Assembly: GCA_013002505.1 (NCBI GenBank)
Contig: JABDJL010000145.1
Location: 1 to 40,000, forward strand
Length of the DNA stretch: 40,000 nt
Reading direction: 5' to 3'
Origin: Lysobacterales bacterium
GTDB lineage: Bacteria > Pseudomonadota > Gammaproteobacteria > Xanthomonadales > SZUA-36
The translations under genes and the position numbers were made by a program. The notes beneath the pieces were generated by a model. That model was given only the letters and a program-made list of their open reading frames with translations. It had not been told where the DNA came from and did no database searches. This document shows, in pieces, positions 37,202 to 40,000 of this stretch. Every line of letters starts with the position of its first letter. The first letter of the stretch is position 1.

Positions 37202-38764
37202 GTGTCCTTGCCCGAGAATAAATGTGCCGGCGTGCTGATGCACATCAGTTCGCTGGCCGGAAGCCCCGGCATCGGGGACATCGGCGATTCAGCGCGAAGA
37301 TTTCTTGATCAATTGAACCACATGCGGTTGCGGGTGTGGCAGATGCTGCCGCTGGGTCCCGCCGGGTATGGCGATTCGCCCTATCAGTCGCTGTCCACTT
37401 TTGCCGGGAATGAAATGTTGATCGGCCTGGAACCACTGGCCAGGCAAGGCTTACTCAAATCTTCGGAACTGAAAGCAATGAATAAGCTTCCGGCTTCGCA
37501 TGTCGACTATGGCAGCTTGCACCCCATCAAGAGCATGCTGCTGGACCGTGCCGCTGACCGTATTGACGTTTCTGATTCAGCCAAATCAATGACAAAATTC
37601 CAACAGTTCCGGGCGCGTCACGACCCGGCATGGCTTGACGACTACGCCCTGTTCAGGGCCATCAAGAAAGATCAGGGCGGCAAGCCCTGGTGGCAGTGGC
37701 CTGCGGCCCTGGCAAAACGGGAGCCGAACGCGCTGGCAGAGATTCGCAAAACCAGCCAGGCCGCCATTAATCGCGTCAAGCTGCAACAGTTCCTCTTCGA
37801 CCAACAATGGAACAGCCTGAGGTCCGATGCCCATGAACGCGGTATCACGCTGTTTGGCGATGTGCCCATTTATATCGCGCACGACAGCGCAGATGCCTGG
37901 GCGCGACGCGAGTTGGTGCAATTGGATGAGCGGGGCCGCCCCCGCTTCGTGGCCGGCGTCCCGCCAGACTACTTCAGCGACGAAGGCCAGTTGTGGGGAA
38001 ACCCGCTCTATAACTGGGCTGAACACGATCGCGATGGTTACGCGTGGTGGGCCCAGCGGCTTGAACATGCCTTGCAGCGATTCGATTTACTGCGCATCGA
38101 TCATTTCAGGGGTTTCGAATCCTACTGGTCAGTCCGGGCAGATCACGAGAATGCCAAGCAGGGAAATTGGGAACCCGGGCCCGGTGACGCATTGTTCGAG
38201 GCCCTTGAAGCAAGCCTGGGAAAGCTGCCCATCGTCGCCGAAAATCTCGGTGAAATCACCCCGGAAGTTGAGTCGCTGAGAAAGCGGCATGGATTGCCCG
38301 GCATGGTTATCTTGCAGTTCGAAGCGGAAAACCCCGATTTCGATGCGCAGGCCGTGGACCAGGACAATGTCATTTACACCGGCACCCACGACAATGACAC
38401 GATACGTGGCTGGTTTCAGGGCAGGCTCAATGACACGCGCACACGATCTGAGTTGCGCGCCTGCCGCAAGCGGGCAAAAAAACTGACTGGCGGAACCGCG
38501 CGGACCATAACTCGTGACATGATCAGGGTGGCGCTGCAAAGCCCTGCCCGGCTTGCAATGGCGCCGTTACAGGATTTCCTCGACCTGGGATCCGAGGCGC
38601 GGATGAATACCCCGGGTTCTACATCGGACAACTGGCAATGGCGCGTCGATCCGGCGCTGATGACATCACAATTCTTCGATTCCGTTGCAGGTATGGTGCA
38701 GGCTTGCTCTCGCGACCCGGAACATGCCTTACAATCAGGACCTGGACCAGGGAGCTTAAAATGA
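37202..38764 (+). CDS. malQ: 4-alpha-glucanotransferase (amylomaltase, GH77)
   Basis: [71 protein letters not shown] and YTGTHDNDT are GH77 signatures. GTG start. Confidence 0.9.
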   Translation: MSLPENKCAGVLMHISSLAGSPGIGDIGDSARRFLDQLNHMRLRVWQMLPLGPAGYGDSPYQSLSTFAGNEMLIGLEPLARQGLLKSSELKAMNKLPASHVDYGSLHPIKSMLLDRAADRIDVSDSAKSMTKFQQFRARHDPAWLDDYALFRAIKKDQGGKPWWQWPAALAKREPNALAEIRKTSQAAINRVKLQQFLFDQQWNSLRSDAHERGITLFGDVPIYIAHDSADAWARRELVQLDERGRPRFVAGVPPDYFSDEGQLWGNPLYNWAEHDRDGYAWWAQRLEHALQRFDLLRIDHFRGFESYWSVRADHENAKQGNWEPGPGDALFEALEASLGKLPIVAENLGEITPEVESLRKRHGLPGMVILQFEAENPDFDAQAVDQDNVIYTGTHDNDTIRGWFQGRLNDTRTRSELRACRKRAKKLTGGTARTITRDMIRVALQSPARLAMAPLQDFLDLGSEARMNTPGSTSDNWQWRVDPALMTSQFFDSVAGMVQACSRDPEHALQSGPGPGSLK

Positions 38765-40000
38765 CCAAGCAAGTTAATTCCGACGACGGTCGTCGCGTTA
38801 GCCGTCTGACGCGGGAAACCGTGGCACTGATACTGGCCGGCGGACAGGGCTCAAGGCTGTATGAATTAACCAACTGGCGCGCCAAGCCGGCGGTATATTT
38901 TGGTGGCAAGATGCGGATTATCGATTTCCCGCTTTCCAATTGCATCAACTCGGGCATCCGGCGGATCGGCGTGCTGACCCAGTACAAGGCGCATTCGCTG
39001 ATCCGTCACCTGGTGCATGCCTGGACGCGCTACCAGTCAGGGCAGAAGGAGTTTGTTGAAATCCTGCCTGCTTCTCAGCGTGTCGGCGGCGAATGGTACA
39101 AGGGTACTGCCGATGCGGTGTACCAGAATCTCGATATCATCCGCACGCATGACCCTGCGCTGGTGCTGGTCCTGGCCGGCGACCACGTCTACAAGATGGA
39201 TTATGGCCCGCTGCTGGCATGGCACGATGAGCAGGAAGCGGATATGACCGTGTGCTGCCTGGAGGTGCCGGTCGAGGAAGCGGCCGGCCAGTTGGGTGTC
39301 ATGACTGTCGATGAGGACAATCGCGTCATCGCCTTTCACGAGAAGCCCGAAAAGCCCGCATCGATTCCGGGCAAGGAAGGCACCTGCCTGGCCTCGATGG
39401 GTAACTACGTTTTCAATACTGAATTTCTTTACGAGCAGGTCATCAAGGATTCCGATGCCCACGATACCAGCCACGACTTTGGTAAAAACATCATTCCCTC
39501 GATTGTCGGCAAATATCGGGTTTACGCCTATCCTTTTCGCGACCCGGATACCGGCGAGCAGGCTTACTGGCGCGACGTCGGAACACTGGATGCCTTCTGG
39601 GAAGCCAACATGGAACTCACCTACGTTTCGCCACCGCTCGATTTATATGACCGGAAGTGGCCAATATTCACCCACCAGTTGCAATTGCCCAGCGCAAAAT
39701 TCGTATTCGATGAGCCCGGCCGTCGAGGCGAAGCGCTGCAATCCATGATTTCGGCAGGCTGCATCATTTCCGGCGCCAGCGTACGCAAGTCACTGATTTT
39801 CTCAGGCTGCAAGATTCATTCCCACAGCGTCATTGAACAATCGGTCATCCTGCCGGATTGTGAAGTCATGAAAAACTGTCACATTCAAAATGCCATCATC
39901 GACCGGGGTACCGTTGTTCCCGAAGGCACCGAAATCGGTATTGACAAGGAACAGGACCGCAAACGCGGGTTCCGTATCACCGAAGGCGGGCGAACGCTGG
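38761..40000 (+). CDS. glgC: Glucose-1-phosphate adenylyltransferase (3' end runs off the right window edge)
   Basis: My translation from ATG 38761 (overlapping the malQ stop, ATGA) gives ...[62 protein letters not shown]...[12 protein letters not shown]...[11 protein letters not shown], which is canonical GlgC. The frame is open to position 40000. Confidence 0.95.
   Translation, partial: MTKQVNSDDGRRVSRLTRETVALILAGGQGSRLYELTNWRAKPAVYFGGKMRIIDFPLSNCINSGIRRIGVLTQYKAHSLIRHLVHAWTRYQSGQKEFVEILPASQRVGGEWYKGTADAVYQNLDIIRTHDPALVLVLAGDHVYKMDYGPLLAWHDEQEADMTVCCLEVPVEEAAGQLGVMTVDEDNRVIAFHEKPEKPASIPGKEGTCLASMGNYVFNTEFLYEQVIKDSDAHDTSHDFGKNIIPSIVGKYRVYAYPFRDPDTGEQAYWRDVGTLDAFWEANMELTYVSPPLDLYDRKWPIFTHQLQLPSAKFVFDEPGRRGEALQSMISAGCIISGASVRKSLIFSGCKIHSHSVIEQSVILPDCEVMKNCHIQNAIIDRGTVVPEGTEIGIDKEQDRKRGFRITEGGRTL

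Noticed and set aside
38111-38122. tRNA T-arm-like GGTTTCGAATCC
   Set aside because: It differs from the GGTTCGAATCC consensus, lies inside the well-supported malQ frame ([10 protein letters not shown]), and no acceptor or anticodon stems can be drawn around it.
38761-38764. ATGA overlap of malQ and glgC as something unusual
   Set aside because: Both are glycogen/maltodextrin metabolism genes, so translational coupling is expected operon organisation.

Overview
This is a chromosomal-looking segment of about 58-60% GC with a Gammaproteobacteria-like gene set. It is densely coding: I support 38 protein-coding genes, two of them cut by the window edges. I found no rRNA, tRNA, CRISPR array, transposase, integrase or recognisable defence genes.

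Left to right, the content is:
- monomeric isocitrate dehydrogenase (partial; missed by the ORF track because it has no stop in the window), a CaCA antiporter, a CmoA-like methyltransferase and a PBP7-type endopeptidase;
- a small Cys-rich protein, then two diverged paralogous secreted proteins flanking an RHH-like/unknown two-gene unit with a very AT-rich promoter region;
- an ArnT/PMT-like GT-C glycosyltransferase with TPRs, and DUF2785-like and membrane proteins;
- a long minus-strand run: egtD-egtB (ergothioneine), a sulfotransferase, a fatty-acid-hydroxylase-family enzyme, and a DUF1800/DUF1501 pair;
- a toastrack/DUF4097-like repeat protein, a 53-aa membrane ORF, DUF1624, pirin and a small acidic protein;
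- a second GT-C-like membrane protein next to a PagL-type lipid A deacylase;
- a secreted SGDH-type beta-propeller dehydrogenase fused to a CARDB-like region and a Cys-rich tail;
- a PadR-HAAS pair with tandem palindromic operators, a Tat-exported M19 dipeptidase and a second Cys-rich secreted protein;
- a TPR/GT41 (SPINDLY-like) glycosyltransferase translationally coupled to nhaA, a tandem CRP-family pair (the first lacking the DNA-binding domain), and malQ-glgC (glgC partial).

I see no clear-cut novel multi-gene system of the defence, mobile or biosynthetic-cluster type. The best second-look candidates are:
1. the knottin-framework plus DNDCDG modules on the dehydrogenase;
2. the HTH-less CRP paralog next to a full-length CRP;
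3. the RHH-like/unknown pair with its AT-rich island;
4. the egtDB-sulfotransferase-hydroxylase co-directional run.

All family assignments come from motif recognition by eye, not from database searches.
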